A DNA stretch of 32,000 bases from the NCBI GenBank assembly GCA_000743035.1, contig CP008936.1:450001-482000 (forward strand). Reading direction: 5' to 3'. This DNA comes from Candidatus Paracaedimonas acanthamoebae (GTDB lineage Bacteria; Pseudomonadota; Alphaproteobacteria; Caedimonadales; Caedimonadaceae). The translations under genes and the position numbers were made by a program. Positions 1-10,200 of this stretch are shown here, piece after piece. How positions within the stretch are numbered: position 1 is the first letter of the stretch; the number at the start of each line of letters is the position of its first letter. The notes beneath the pieces were generated by a model that had not been told where the DNA came from, did no database searches, and saw nothing but the letters and a program-made list of their open reading frames with translations.

Positions 1-1320
1 CCAGACCTAAATATTGTCTTTCTCTCAAGTAAGGAACTAAGTAAGAGTCCTGCTAGTATTGATAGAACCTTAGCAGAAAGAGACCGGTTTAACTCTCAGG
101 ATCCAGCATACATTTTATACACCTCAGGTTCGACAGGGCAGCCTAAGGGGGCACTTATTTCGCATGAAAGTTTAATCAATTGTGTCTTTGCTACGCGTGA
201 TGCTTGTCATATTGATTCAACACATACATTCATTGCTGTAACTTCTTTGACTTTTGATGTTAGCCTACTCGATTATTTTCTTCCTCTGACAGTGGGTGGT
301 AAAGTCGTAATAGTTCCACAAGGGCAAGAAAAGCTAGATTATGAGGTTTGGAACATTATCAAAGACCATAAGAAAGTTGCAATACAGGGAACCTCTAGTT
401 TTTGGCAGCTATTATTTGCAAGGTCAGTCTCTATAAGTGACAAGCTTCTTATTTTAATTGCTGGAGAAGCTCTTAAAATATCTCTTGTGAGAAAACTACT
501 GCCGTATGGAGAGATATACAACCTTTATGGTCCTACAGAAGGGACGATTTATGCCAGTGCTCAATATATTCATGATGAGAGTCTAATCACTATTGGCAAA
601 CCTTTGGCTAATATACAGCTTTACCTTCTTGATGAAACTTTGGATATGGTAGGGATAGGAGTAGTTGGAGAGTTGTATATAGGAGGAGTGGGGTTAGCGA
701 GAGGATATATTAACCGCCCTGAGTTAACAGCGGAACGTTTTATTGATAACCCTTATGCAACAGAAGAAGATCGTCAGGCAGGACGGAATCTGAAGCTTTA
801 TAGGACAGGCGACCTTGGTCGTTATCTTCCTGATGGGACGATAGAGTTTTTAGGAAGAACCGATGATCAGGTTAAGATTAGAGGGTATCGTATAGAGCTT
901 GGTGAGATAGAGTCAGCCCTTCTTCAAGAGAAGGGAGCGAAGCAGGTATTAGTGATGGCTGTTGAGCAAGATCAGCAGAAGAGTCTAGTTGCGTATGTTG
1001 TTCCTGAAGGAGAGTTGAGTAAAGAGACTTTAGGTCGAGATTTAAGGGTTGCTTTAGAGGGAGTCCTTCCTGAGTATATGGTTCCTCAGGCGTTTGTATT
1101 TTTAGAGTCGTTTCCTTTATCAGTGAATGGGAAGATTGATCGGTCAGCGCTTCCAAGACCTGACAGGAGTGATTTAACGAATACTTCTTTTGAAGTACCT
1201 GAGACGGAGACGGAGCGAGTCCTTGCAGAGATATGGAAGGATCTATTACATCTTGAAGCTGTGGGTCGATATGACAACTTCTTCCAGATAGGGGACATTC
1301 TCTCCTTGCCGTGCAGATGA
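1..1320 (+). CDS. NRPS fragment, 5' partial. It covers an adenylation domain (A3-A10) and the start of a carrier domain, and is ended by a 1-nt frameshift. It is almost certainly the same gene as 1311..7256.
   Basis: Frame 1 is open from nt 1, so the TTG at 247 is not a real start. The translation shows these A-domain motifs: YTSGSTGQPKG (A3, 118-150), LTFDVS (A4), NLYGPTE (A5), GELYIGGVGLARGY (A6), YRTGDL (A7), GRTDDQVKIRGYRIELGEIE (A8), LPEYMVP (A9) and NGKIDR (A10). After DNFFQIG it reads GDILSLPCR-stop instead of GGHSLL. Confidence 0.85.
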   Translation, partial: PDLNIVFLSSKELSKSPASIDRTLAERDRFNSQDPAYILYTSGSTGQPKGALISHESLINCVFATRDACHIDSTHTFIAVTSLTFDVSLLDYFLPLTVGGKVVIVPQGQEKLDYEVWNIIKDHKKVAIQGTSSFWQLLFARSVSISDKLLILIAGEALKISLVRKLLPYGEIYNLYGPTEGTIYASAQYIHDESLITIGKPLANIQLYLLDETLDMVGIGVVGELYIGGVGLARGYINRPELTAERFIDNPYATEEDRQAGRNLKLYRTGDLGRYLPDGTIEFLGRTDDQVKIRGYRIELGEIESALLQEKGAKQVLVMAVEQDQQKSLVAYVVPEGELSKETLGRDLRVALEGVLPEYMVPQAFVFLESFPLSVNGKIDRSALPRPDRSDLTNTSFEVPETETERVLAEIWKDLLHLEAVGRYDNFFQIGDILSLPCR

Positions 1321-3341
1321 TAAATCATGCACAGCGTCATTTTAACTGCACTCTTTCTTTAAGAGACTTCTTTACTCAAGCTACTTTACAAGCTTTAGCG
1401 TCACTTATTGAAGAGGCTATAGAGCCTCATTCTAAGAAGATTGTAGGATGGGAGTCTATCCCTCAAGCGGATCCTTCCCTTCCTATTCCTCTGTCTTTTA
1501 CACAGCAAAGAGTATGGTTTTTACAAAAGTTGCTTATGCAGGAAGCTCTTTACCACATACCCTTTAGCATAGAGCTGAGAGGATATGTTTGTGTAGATTC
1601 TCTTTCTTATGCGTTACGGGAAGTGATCAACCGTCATTCAATTTTACGCACGAACATCGTTGAGCAACAAGGACAAGCCTTTCAAGTAATAAAAGCCCCT
1701 CTTTCATCTTTTAAGCTTGAGAGAGTAGATCTTACAAGTTTGAAGGTTGAAGCCCAAGCAGAACAGCTTGAAGAGCTGTTGCGACTTAATGCTCAGAAGC
1801 CATTTAATCTAGCCTCAGATTCTCTTTTAAGAGTCTTGTTAGTGGCTTTAAGCGAAGAGCGGCACGTTTTAGCAGTGACCTTTCATCATCTTATTGCGGA
1901 TGGATGGTCTTTAGCTATTTTTTGTCGGGAGTTGAGTGCTTTTTATAATCATGCGGTTGCAGGAGATGCTGTTAACTTAACACCGCTTGCTATACAATTT
2001 AGTGACTTTGCGCATTGGCAAAGACAATCACCTGTTTCTCATCTTGAGTATTGGCTTAAGCATCTTGAGAATCCTCCTGCTTTGTCGACCTTCCCAACTA
2101 ACTATCGTCGCCCTGCAGAGTTAAGCTATCGAGGACGCACCCTCTCGTTTACGCTTCCTGATGACCTTTTGCAGCAGTTGAAAGCATTTAGTGAGGCACA
2201 AGAAGTGACATTATTTATGACACTTCTTTCTGCCTTTATGGTGCTGTTGCAACGTTACAGTCAGCAAGAAGATTTAATTATTGGTCTTCCTGTTGCGAAC
2301 CGTTCTCATCCTGATGTTGAACCTTTGATAGGTTTTTTTACCAATACCCTAGCTTTTAGATTACAAGGGTTGGAAAGTAATCTAAGATTTTTAGAAGTGC
2401 TTCAGCTAACGAAAGCCACTGTTTTAGAGAGTTTTGAACATCAAGAAGCGCCTTTTGAGCAAGTGGTTGATCATTTGCAGGTACCTCGTATGCTGAATGC
2501 AAACCCTCTCTTCCAAGTCATGTTCTCGTATCAGTCTATGACAGCTTCTCCGATAACGCTTACTCGCCTCGAGACTCATCCTTGGCATTCATCTCACACA
2601 ACAGCGAAGTTCGATATAAACTTCTTCGTTCAAGAACAAGCTGATCATATAGCTATGCTTATCGAATATGCGACAGATTTATATGAGGAAGAGACGGTTG
2701 AGCGACTTGGAGCTCACTATCAACAGTTGTTGACCGAGATTATGGCAGCTCCTCAAGGGGCCATTGGAGCCTTTGAGCTGCTGACCTCCTCTGAGCGTCA
2801 GAAGATTTTATATGACTGGAACAATACGTCTGCTCCTTATCCGAGTGATGTGTGTTTGCATGAGTTGTTTGAGGCACAGGTTGAGAGGACACCTGATGCA
2901 ATAGCAGTAAGGTTTGAAGATGAGAGCCTGAGCTATAGAGAGTTGAATGAGAGATCGAACCGTCTTGCACATGCATTAAGAGCAGAAGGGGTAGGGCCTG
3001 AGGTTCTTGTTGCGATTGCTCTTGATCGTTCTTTTGAGATGATCATCAGTGTGCTTGGGATCTTAAAGGCAGGGGGGGCATATGTTCCTCTTGATCCTTC
3101 CTTTCCTGAAGAGCGGCTTAAGTTCATGGTCGAAGATACGCAAGCTCCAATCGTCCTTTCGTTTGAAAGTAGTCTTTTAGGATCAGCGTATAAAGGGAAG
3201 ATTATTGATCCAAGAGAGATCATAGCACAGGAGAGTTTATCGAGCAGTAATTTGAGGTCAGATGTAAAGCCTCATCATCTTGCCTATGTGATTTACACTT
3301 CAGGTTCAACAGGAAAACCCAAAGGTGTCATGATAGAGCAT
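631..3341 (+). repeat. Repeat family R1, copy a. It spans A6-A10, the frameshifted PCP, a full C domain and A1-A3.
   Basis: 655..3341 matches 11591..14277 (offset 10936, 2687 bp). The translations are identical on both strands and I found no mismatch in spot checks. 631..1292 matches 8342..9003 (offset 7711). Confidence 0.9.
1291..1294 (+). other. Frameshift site: a GGGG tract where GGGGG would restore the carrier-domain motif FFQIGGHSLLAVQMI.
   Basis: Adding one G to ata-gggg-acattctc gives ata ggg gga cat tct ctc ctt gcc gtg cag atg, which is IGGHSLLAVQM. That runs in frame into ORF 1311..7256. The intact sister copy at 9002-9013 reads ggc ggg cat tct. Confidence 0.85.
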
Positions 3342-6300
3342 CATAGCGCTGCAAACACAATTTTGGATATCAACTGTCGCTATAGCGTAACAATACACGA
3401 TAATATATTGGCCTTATCATCTCTGACATTTGACTTATCCGTGTATGACATTTTTGGAGCGCTTGCGGCTGGAGCTGCAATTGTTCTGTTAGAAGGGCAA
3501 AATGCTAAAGATCCATCTTACTGGTATGAGTGCCTAAGTAAGTATAATGTAACAATATGGAATTCAGTGCCTACTTCTATAGGCTTACTTGCACAAACGG
3601 TTGAGAGCTTAAGAGAAGTACATAATTTAACACTTCGACTTGTTCTTTTGAGTGGAGATTGGATTCCTGTTGAACTTCCAAATCGTATTTGGAATAAATT
3701 GGGGGAAAGCATTAAGGTTATCAGCTTGGGAGGTGCGACTGAGGGTTCAATTTGGTCTATTGAGTATCCTATTGATTCTGTCTCTTCTGAATGGAAAAGT
3801 ATTCCTTATGGGAAGGCCCTTACTAATCAAGCTATTTATATCTTTAATTCTTGTGGGAAAATCTGCCCTTTTCTCGGAGTAGGTGAAATTGTGATTGGTG
3901 GAGAGGGTGTAGCAAGAGGCTATCTTAATCGCCCTGAGCTAAACAAAGAAAAATTCCAAATAGCATCATTATTTATAAGCTCCCAATCAGCTAGCACTTA
4001 TTCAAATAATCTTTATTATACTGGTGATTTAGGCCGGTGCTTGCCTGATGGGACGATTGAGTTTTTAGGGCGAAAGGATAATCAAGTTAAGATTAGAGGG
4101 TTTCGAGTTGAAATTGATGAAATTAAAATTACCTTACAAGAACTACCTGAGGTAAAAGAAGCGCTAGTATTACCTGTACAACGAGAGGATAAAGCTCAAT
4201 TTATTAGCTCATATATTCTTCTTAAAAGTTCTATAGATGACTCGCAGAAAACAAGCAAAAGCCAGGAAATCTTGTCACTATTAAAGTACAAATTACCAGA
4301 ATATATGATTCCAAGCACACTTATAATCTTAGACGCCTTTCCTTTGAGTGCTAATGGAAAAATTGACTTTAATGCATTAGCAAGTGCTGGAATAAGAAGT
4401 GAGGAGGTAACTTCTGCCCAACCAGCATTCAAGAATGAAATTGAAATTACTCTTGCAAATTTATTTAAGAGAATTCTGAAACTAGAAAGCATCGGTTTAA
4501 AAGATAACTTTTTTCAAATGGGCGGAGACTCGCTTCTTGCAATACAGTTTGTCTCCTTGGCGCGAGAAGAAGGGCTTCTCTTAAAATTAAAAGATGTATT
4601 TATATACCCTACTATAGAGGATCTTAGTAAGTGCATTACTGTTCTTGAAAAGCCAGTACAGAGCAAGAAAAAGGAAAAAAAATCTTACAAGGAGCCTTTT
4701 ACATTATCTCCTATACAGCAATGGCTCATTAGGGAGTTTAGTTCAACTATTGATAGTATAACTCAGCATCTGTGTCTAGAGCTTGAGGAACATACTGACC
4801 TTGAAATTCTGCAAAGAGCATTAGAAACAACTCTTTCTCAACAAGAAGCCTTCTATTTAGTATTTATGCAAAAAGAACAGAAATGGTTACAAGCTAAGAA
4901 TGATAAAGAACAATGGGTTATTGCACATCTAGATCTTTCACAATATGCTAACGAAGACAGTGAGAATTTATTTATAGAAAAAATTAAGGCTTTAAAGAAA
5001 AAAATATCAATTAAAGGACCTCTTGCAGGTTTCTTATTAACCAAACATCGAGAGAATAAGACTTCCTTAACGCTTATTATCCACCATTTGATTATTGATG
5101 GGATATCTTGGCAAATCTTGCTTGAAGAGCTTGCATATTATTATAACCAATACAAGAAGAACAGTGGATTGGTTGAATATAGGGAGCGAAGTGATACTCT
5201 TGTTGATTATAGCAATTTTCTGGAAACATACAGCAAGAATGTTAGCAATAATTCTTCAGTCATCAGCGTACCTCAACAAAAATTTCTTGCTCCTAGAGAA
5301 AAAGAGATTCCAGCAAGAGTTGGGAGTATGAGTCTCTCGCTTGATAGCTTAACGACCAAATTACTGAGAGATCAGGCCTATTCTATTGGTACAACTATAG
5401 CGAATGTAATTATAGCGGCACTTGTGTATAGCCTTAAGAAGCTAGCGGTTAATGATTCTGTTACCTTAACCTTAGAAGGACAAACAAGAGACTTATCTTC
5501 AGAATATGACTTTTCCAGAACTTTTGGATGGTTTACAACACTGTATCCCGTAGCCTTTGATGTTCCACAAGAATTAAATTTACAAGAGTTTATCGGATTT
5601 ATTACTCGTCATATTCATGCTATTCCGAATGAGGGATTAGATTATGGTATTATGAATTATTATAAAACTGTTGTGCCCTCTTCAACTTTACCAAGTATTC
5701 TCTTTAACTATGCAGGTAATTGGGGAAATTCCCATAATCTCTTCAAGAATTCATTGCCGATTGAAGCATTCGATGAAGAGTATATACCTTTGTTTCCTCT
5801 TGAGGTTAATTCGTTGATTCAAGATGACCAGTTAAAAATTAAATTCATTTTTGATGAGAGAGTATTTCCAAAAAGAATCATAGAGGAACTCTCACAAACT
5901 TTAAGAGAAACAATTAGAGAAATTAGCCTATTAGCTTATGGAAGCCTAGCAATATTCCAGAAATATTCCAGTAAAATTGACTGCTTGATACCATTATCAC
6001 CGACCCAAGAGGGAATTTTATTTCATGCGCTCGCTTACCCAGATCATGAGGCTTATACTGTACAAACCTTAATAGAGATTAACGGAGATCTAGATATTGA
6101 GGCGCTTGAGCGAGCATGTAATAAGACAATAGCAGCCTATGACATACTTAGAACAGGTTTTATTTGGGATACAAGTGATAAACCTATCCAATTTATATTG
6201 AAATCTTTATGCATTTCTCTTAATCAGATGACCCTTCAGGACTACGAGAATCATATACAGGCTCTTGAGGCTATATTAGCCGCGGAACGTAAGCAATTAC

Positions 6301-7256
6301 CTTCTTTAGATACGCCTCCTTTAATGAGATTTACTATTGTAAAATCCTTTGATAATAAATACTATTTCATCTGGACATGCCATCATCTGCTACTCGACGG
6401 GCAATCATTAGCTATTATCTTAGAAAGCATTTTCTCATATTACCAAAATGCTAATCAGAGAGTGATTTCACAGAATACTCCCCCTGCATATAGAGATTAT
6501 ATTCTCTGGCTAAAAAAGAAAGATGATTCAGAAGATAAATCTTTTTGGCAGAACTACTTGACTGATTTTGATAACAACTACCCTAGAATACGTTTAGATT
6601 TTAGAACAACCTATCAGTATAAGACGCATGTATTCACTCTTTCCGCTAAGGATAGAACAAGACTAGTAGCTTTGGGATCACAATATGGATTAACTCTTAG
6701 TACATTATTGTTAAGCATATGGTCGCTTGTATTGAGTATATATTGGAGGCGTAAAGATTTCTTAATAGGATTAACAGTTTCTAGTAGAAATGCTGATATT
6801 CCCAATATGGATAAGATGGCAGGGCCTTTAATTGATACATTACCTTTCAGGGTTCGCTGTCTTTCCGATATCAATTTTTGGGAGTTTGCAGCTCAAATTC
6901 AGAAAGAAATAGCTCTTCTTCAACAATACTCACATGTGTCTCCTTTAGATATACAAAGCTGGAATAATATGGATAAAGCAACCCCACTTTTTGATAGCAT
7001 TTTTACATATCAAAATTTTGGGAAGCCTGAGAAAATTGTTCAGGAATTAACTGATATTAAGGCCCAATTGATAAGCAGTATAGATTATAATGAGTATCCC
7101 CTTACCTTAATGATCATTCCTGAAGATAAGATAAGCATACATGTCACGTATCTGAGCCAATTTTATACTCAAAAGCAAGCGGAGGCTTTTGAAAAAGTAT
7201 TTTGTGACATGATTAACAATATTTTATCTGTTGCTAAAAGCGGAGACGATAGATGA
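1311..7256 (+). CDS. NRPS: (rest of PCP)-C-A(Cys)-PCP-E-C. It continues 1..1320 across the frameshift.
   Basis: - C domain: HHLIADG at 1884-1904.
- A domain: LSYRELN, KAGGAYVPLDP, YTSGSTGKPKG (3294-3326), FDLSVYD, SLGGATEGSIWS, NGKIDF.
- Hand-extracted specificity code: DLYNLSLIWK, the canonical Cys code.
- PCP: FFQMGGDSLL, Ser codon 4530-4532.
- Epimerase-type domain: LSPIQQW, HHLIIDGISWQIL (5082-5102), FNYAGNW.
- DCL-type C domain: LSPTQEGILFH and HHLLLDG (6381-6401). Confidence 0.92.
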   Translation: MQMINHAQRHFNCTLSLRDFFTQATLQALASLIEEAIEPHSKKIVGWESIPQADPSLPIPLSFTQQRVWFLQKLLMQEALYHIPFSIELRGYVCVDSLSYALREVINRHSILRTNIVEQQGQAFQVIKAPLSSFKLERVDLTSLKVEAQAEQLEELLRLNAQKPFNLASDSLLRVLLVALSEERHVLAVTFHHLIADGWSLAIFCRELSAFYNHAVAGDAVNLTPLAIQFSDFAHWQRQSPVSHLEYWLKHLENPPALSTFPTNYRRPAELSYRGRTLSFTLPDDLLQQLKAFSEAQEVTLFMTLLSAFMVLLQRYSQQEDLIIGLPVANRSHPDVEPLIGFFTNTLAFRLQGLESNLRFLEVLQLTKATVLESFEHQEAPFEQVVDHLQVPRMLNANPLFQVMFSYQSMTASPITLTRLETHPWHSSHTTAKFDINFFVQEQADHIAMLIEYATDLYEEETVERLGAHYQQLLTEIMAAPQGAIGAFELLTSSERQKILYDWNNTSAPYPSDVCLHELFEAQVERTPDAIAVRFEDESLSYRELNERSNRLAHALRAEGVGPEVLVAIALDRSFEMIISVLGILKAGGAYVPLDPSFPEERLKFMVEDTQAPIVLSFESSLLGSAYKGKIIDPREIIAQESLSSSNLRSDVKPHHLAYVIYTSGSTGKPKGVMIEHHSAANTILDINCRYSVTIHDNILALSSLTFDLSVYDIFGALAAGAAIVLLEGQNAKDPSYWYECLSKYNVTIWNSVPTSIGLLAQTVESLREVHNLTLRLVLLSGDWIPVELPNRIWNKLGESIKVISLGGATEGSIWSIEYPIDSVSSEWKSIPYGKALTNQAIYIFNSCGKICPFLGVGEIVIGGEGVARGYLNRPELNKEKFQIASLFISSQSASTYSNNLYYTGDLGRCLPDGTIEFLGRKDNQVKIRGFRVEIDEIKITLQELPEVKEALVLPVQREDKAQFISSYILLKSSIDDSQKTSKSQEILSLLKYKLPEYMIPSTLIILDAFPLSANGKIDFNALASAGIRSEEVTSAQPAFKNEIEITLANLFKRILKLESIGLKDNFFQMGGDSLLAIQFVSLAREEGLLLKLKDVFIYPTIEDLSKCITVLEKPVQSKKKEKKSYKEPFTLSPIQQWLIREFSSTIDSITQHLCLELEEHTDLEILQRALETTLSQQEAFYLVFMQKEQKWLQAKNDKEQWVIAHLDLSQYANEDSENLFIEKIKALKKKISIKGPLAGFLLTKHRENKTSLTLIIHHLIIDGISWQILLEELAYYYNQYKKNSGLVEYRERSDTLVDYSNFLETYSKNVSNNSSVISVPQQKFLAPREKEIPARVGSMSLSLDSLTTKLLRDQAYSIGTTIANVIIAALVYSLKKLAVNDSVTLTLEGQTRDLSSEYDFSRTFGWFTTLYPVAFDVPQELNLQEFIGFITRHIHAIPNEGLDYGIMNYYKTVVPSSTLPSILFNYAGNWGNSHNLFKNSLPIEAFDEEYIPLFPLEVNSLIQDDQLKIKFIFDERVFPKRIIEELSQTLRETIREISLLAYGSLAIFQKYSSKIDCLIPLSPTQEGILFHALAYPDHEAYTVQTLIEINGDLDIEALERACNKTIAAYDILRTGFIWDTSDKPIQFILKSLCISLNQMTLQDYENHIQALEAILAAERKQLPSLDTPPLMRFTIVKSFDNKYYFIWTCHHLLLDGQSLAIILESIFSYYQNANQRVISQNTPPAYRDYILWLKKKDDSEDKSFWQNYLTDFDNNYPRIRLDFRTTYQYKTHVFTLSAKDRTRLVALGSQYGLTLSTLLLSIWSLVLSIYWRRKDFLIGLTVSSRNADIPNMDKMAGPLIDTLPFRVRCLSDINFWEFAAQIQKEIALLQQYSHVSPLDIQSWNNMDKATPLFDSIFTYQNFGKPEKIVQELTDIKAQLISSIDYNEYPLTLMIIPEDKISIHVTYLSQFYTQKQAEAFEKVFCDMINNILSVAKSGDDR

Positions 7257-10200
7257 ACAATAGTTTCTTACTTTCTACACTACTAGAAAGTGCTAACTGG
7301 GATAATTCTACAGCATCTAATAATGATTGGAACAATACGTCTGCTCCTTATCCGAGTGATGTGTGTTTGCATGAGTTGTTTGAGGCACAGGTTGAGAGGA
7401 CACCTGATGCAATAGCAGTAAGGTTTGAAGATGAGAACCTGAGCTATAGAGAGTTGAATGAGAGATCGAACCGTCTTGCACATGCATTAAGAGCAGAAGG
7501 GGTAGGGCCTGAGGTTCTTGTTGCGATTGCTCTTGATCGTTCTTTTGAGATGATCATTAGTGTGCTTGGGATCTTAAAGGCAGGAGGAGCATATGTTCCA
7601 CTTGATCCTTCCTTCCCTGAAGAGCGGCTTAAGTTCATGGTTGAAGATACGCAAGCTCCAATCGTTCTTTCGTTTGATCGTAGTCTTTTAGGATCAGCGT
7701 ATAAAGGGAAGATTATTGATCCAAGGGAGGTCATAGCACAGGAGAGTTTATCGAGCAGTAATTTGAGGTCAGATGTAAAGCCTCATCACCTTGCCTATGT
7801 GATTTACACTTCAGGTTCAACAGGTAAACCCAAAGGTGTCATGATCGAACATGAAGGAGTTGTTTGCTTGATGCAAGGGTTGCAAGATCGTTATCCTTTA
7901 GGCTTAGGAGAGACAGTATTATTACAAAGTTCATTCAATTTTGATGCTTCTGTAGAAGAGATTTTCTGGCCAATTCTTTTTGGAGGTACAATGGTTATTG
8001 CTCCTCCTAAAATCCATCAAGACCTTAAAAAATTAGCTCTATTTATAGAAGTTGAAAATATATATAACGTTCGATTCGTTCCTTCCTTATTGGATGCATT
8101 TTTTCAGCAATCTGAGGTAAGTCGGTGCGCTTCCTTACGCCGCATTTTTTCAGGGGGGGAAGCTCTTTCACCAAAGACAAAAGAGTTAATTCTACAAACA
8201 TTCCCCTTAGTTGAGCTCTATAATGATTATGGACCTACTGAAATAACCGTTAGAGCAACTACATATAAATGTAATGCAAGTAGGAATGAGAGCCTTATTC
8301 CCATAGGTCGTCCAATACCTAACAAGACAGTTTACCTATTAGATGAAACTTTGGATATGGTAGGGATAGGAGTAGTTGGAGAGTTGTATATAGGAGGAGT
8401 GGGGTTAGCGAGAGGATATATTAACCGCCCTGAGTTAACAGCGGAACGTTTTATTGATAACCCTTATGCAACAGAAGAAGATCGTCAGGCAGGACGGAAT
8501 CTGAAGCTTTATAGGACAGGCGACCTTGGTCGTTATCTTCCTGATGGGACGATAGAGTTTTTAGGAAGAACCGATGATCAGGTTAAGATTAGAGGGTATC
8601 GTATAGAGCTTGGTGAGATAGAGTCAGCCCTTCTTCAAGAGAAGGGAGCGAAGCAGGTATTAGTGATGGCTGTTGAGCAAGATCAGCAGAAGAGTCTAGT
8701 TGCGTATGTTGTTCCTGAAGGAGAGTTGAGTAAAGAGACTTTAGGTCGAGATTTAAGGGTTGCTTTAGAGGGAGTCCTTCCTGAGTATATGGTTCCTCAG
8801 GCGTTTGTATTTTTAGAGTCGTTTCCTTTATCAGTGAATGGGAAGATTGATCGGTCAGCGCTTCCAAGACCTGACAGGAGTGATTTAACGAATACTTCTT
8901 TTGAAGTACCTGAGACGGAGACGGAGCGAGTCCTTGCAGAGATATGGAAGGATCTATTACATCTTGAAGCTGTGGGTCGATATGACAACTTCTTCCAGAT
9001 AGGCGGGCATTCTTTATTAACAATTAAATTAGCTTCTCAAATTGATAAGAAGCTTGCAGTAAAGTTGCCACTGTCAAGTATGTTCGATAATGTTACTGTC
9101 TATCAACTTGCAGAACATATTGATAAAGAGATTACCAATTCTAAAGGGTGTCAAAGTCAACTATCTCTACTACCTGAGATAACCCCTGATCCTGAAAATA
9201 TGTATGAAGAGTTTCCTTTAACAAGTATTCAGCAGGCTTACTGGATAGGAAGACAAGACCTATTTGAATTAGGAAAAGTCTCAAGCCATGGTTATAGTGA
9301 ATATGATTGTGAGTTTGTTGATATAGAAAGATTAGAGGCAAGCTGGAATAAAGTAATTAATAGTTTTGAAGCACTAAGAATTGTTTTCACAGATCATGGC
9401 ACACAGAAAATATTGCAAGAAATTCCATATTATAAGATTTCAATTGAAGATCTATCCTTACTACGTGATCAAGAAATAGAGAAGGAATTGCTTAGCATAA
9501 GAGATAAGCTATCTCATTACATGTTTGATGAAAAACACTGGCCATTATTTAGAATACAGGTCACAAAGCTAAAAGATAGTTTTAGAATACATTTGAACTT
9601 TGATAGTTTAACCACTGACGCTTGGAGTGATTCAATTATCTTTAATGAATGGGCCAAGTGTTATGCTAATCCCTCTTATGGAATTGCGCCTCTTTCATTT
9701 ACATTCCGTGATTATGTACTAAGTCTTGAAAAGTTAAAAGATACTGAAAAGTTTCAATTAGATCGCCTTTATTGGCTAAATCGTCTGGATAACTTCCCGT
9801 CAGCTCCTAAATTACCTCTTATACAAACAGCAAAGGGATTAAGCGAACAAAAGTTCACCAGGGTCTCAAGCCAGATTCCTATGAACAGTTGGGCCAAAGT
9901 AAGGCAGGCCTTTTCAGGAACCAGCCTCTCACCATCAGCAATTCTTTGTGCCTTATTTGCGGAAGTCCTCGGTTATTGGTCTAACTCCAAACACTTTGCT
10001 ATTAATTTAACTCTCTTTAATCGCCTGCCCCTGCATAAAGATATACACAGAGTTGCCGGCGACTTTACTTCTCTTGATATATTAGAAGTTGATTTTAGGA
10101 CTAAAAATAGTTTTATAGAGCGTGCTAAGAATCTTCATCAGCAGCTTATAAATGATCTCGAGCATCATTTATTTGGAGGGGTTGATTTTTTGAGAGAGCT

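Noticed and set aside
247-249. TTG at 247 as the start of the first ORF.
   Set aside because: The frame is open back to nt 1, and the upstream translation contains the A3 motif YTSGSTGQPKG. The gene is simply cut by the window edge.
1285-1300. Programmed -1 ribosomal frameshift at the GGGG tract, joining the split NRPS ORFs.
   Set aside because: There is no X-XXY-YYZ slippery heptamer in the zero frame (cag ata ggg gac), I see no obvious downstream stem-loop, and the run is too short for efficient transcriptional slippage. A sequencing error or a real mutation is more economical. I kept this as a minor alternative in the frameshift finding.
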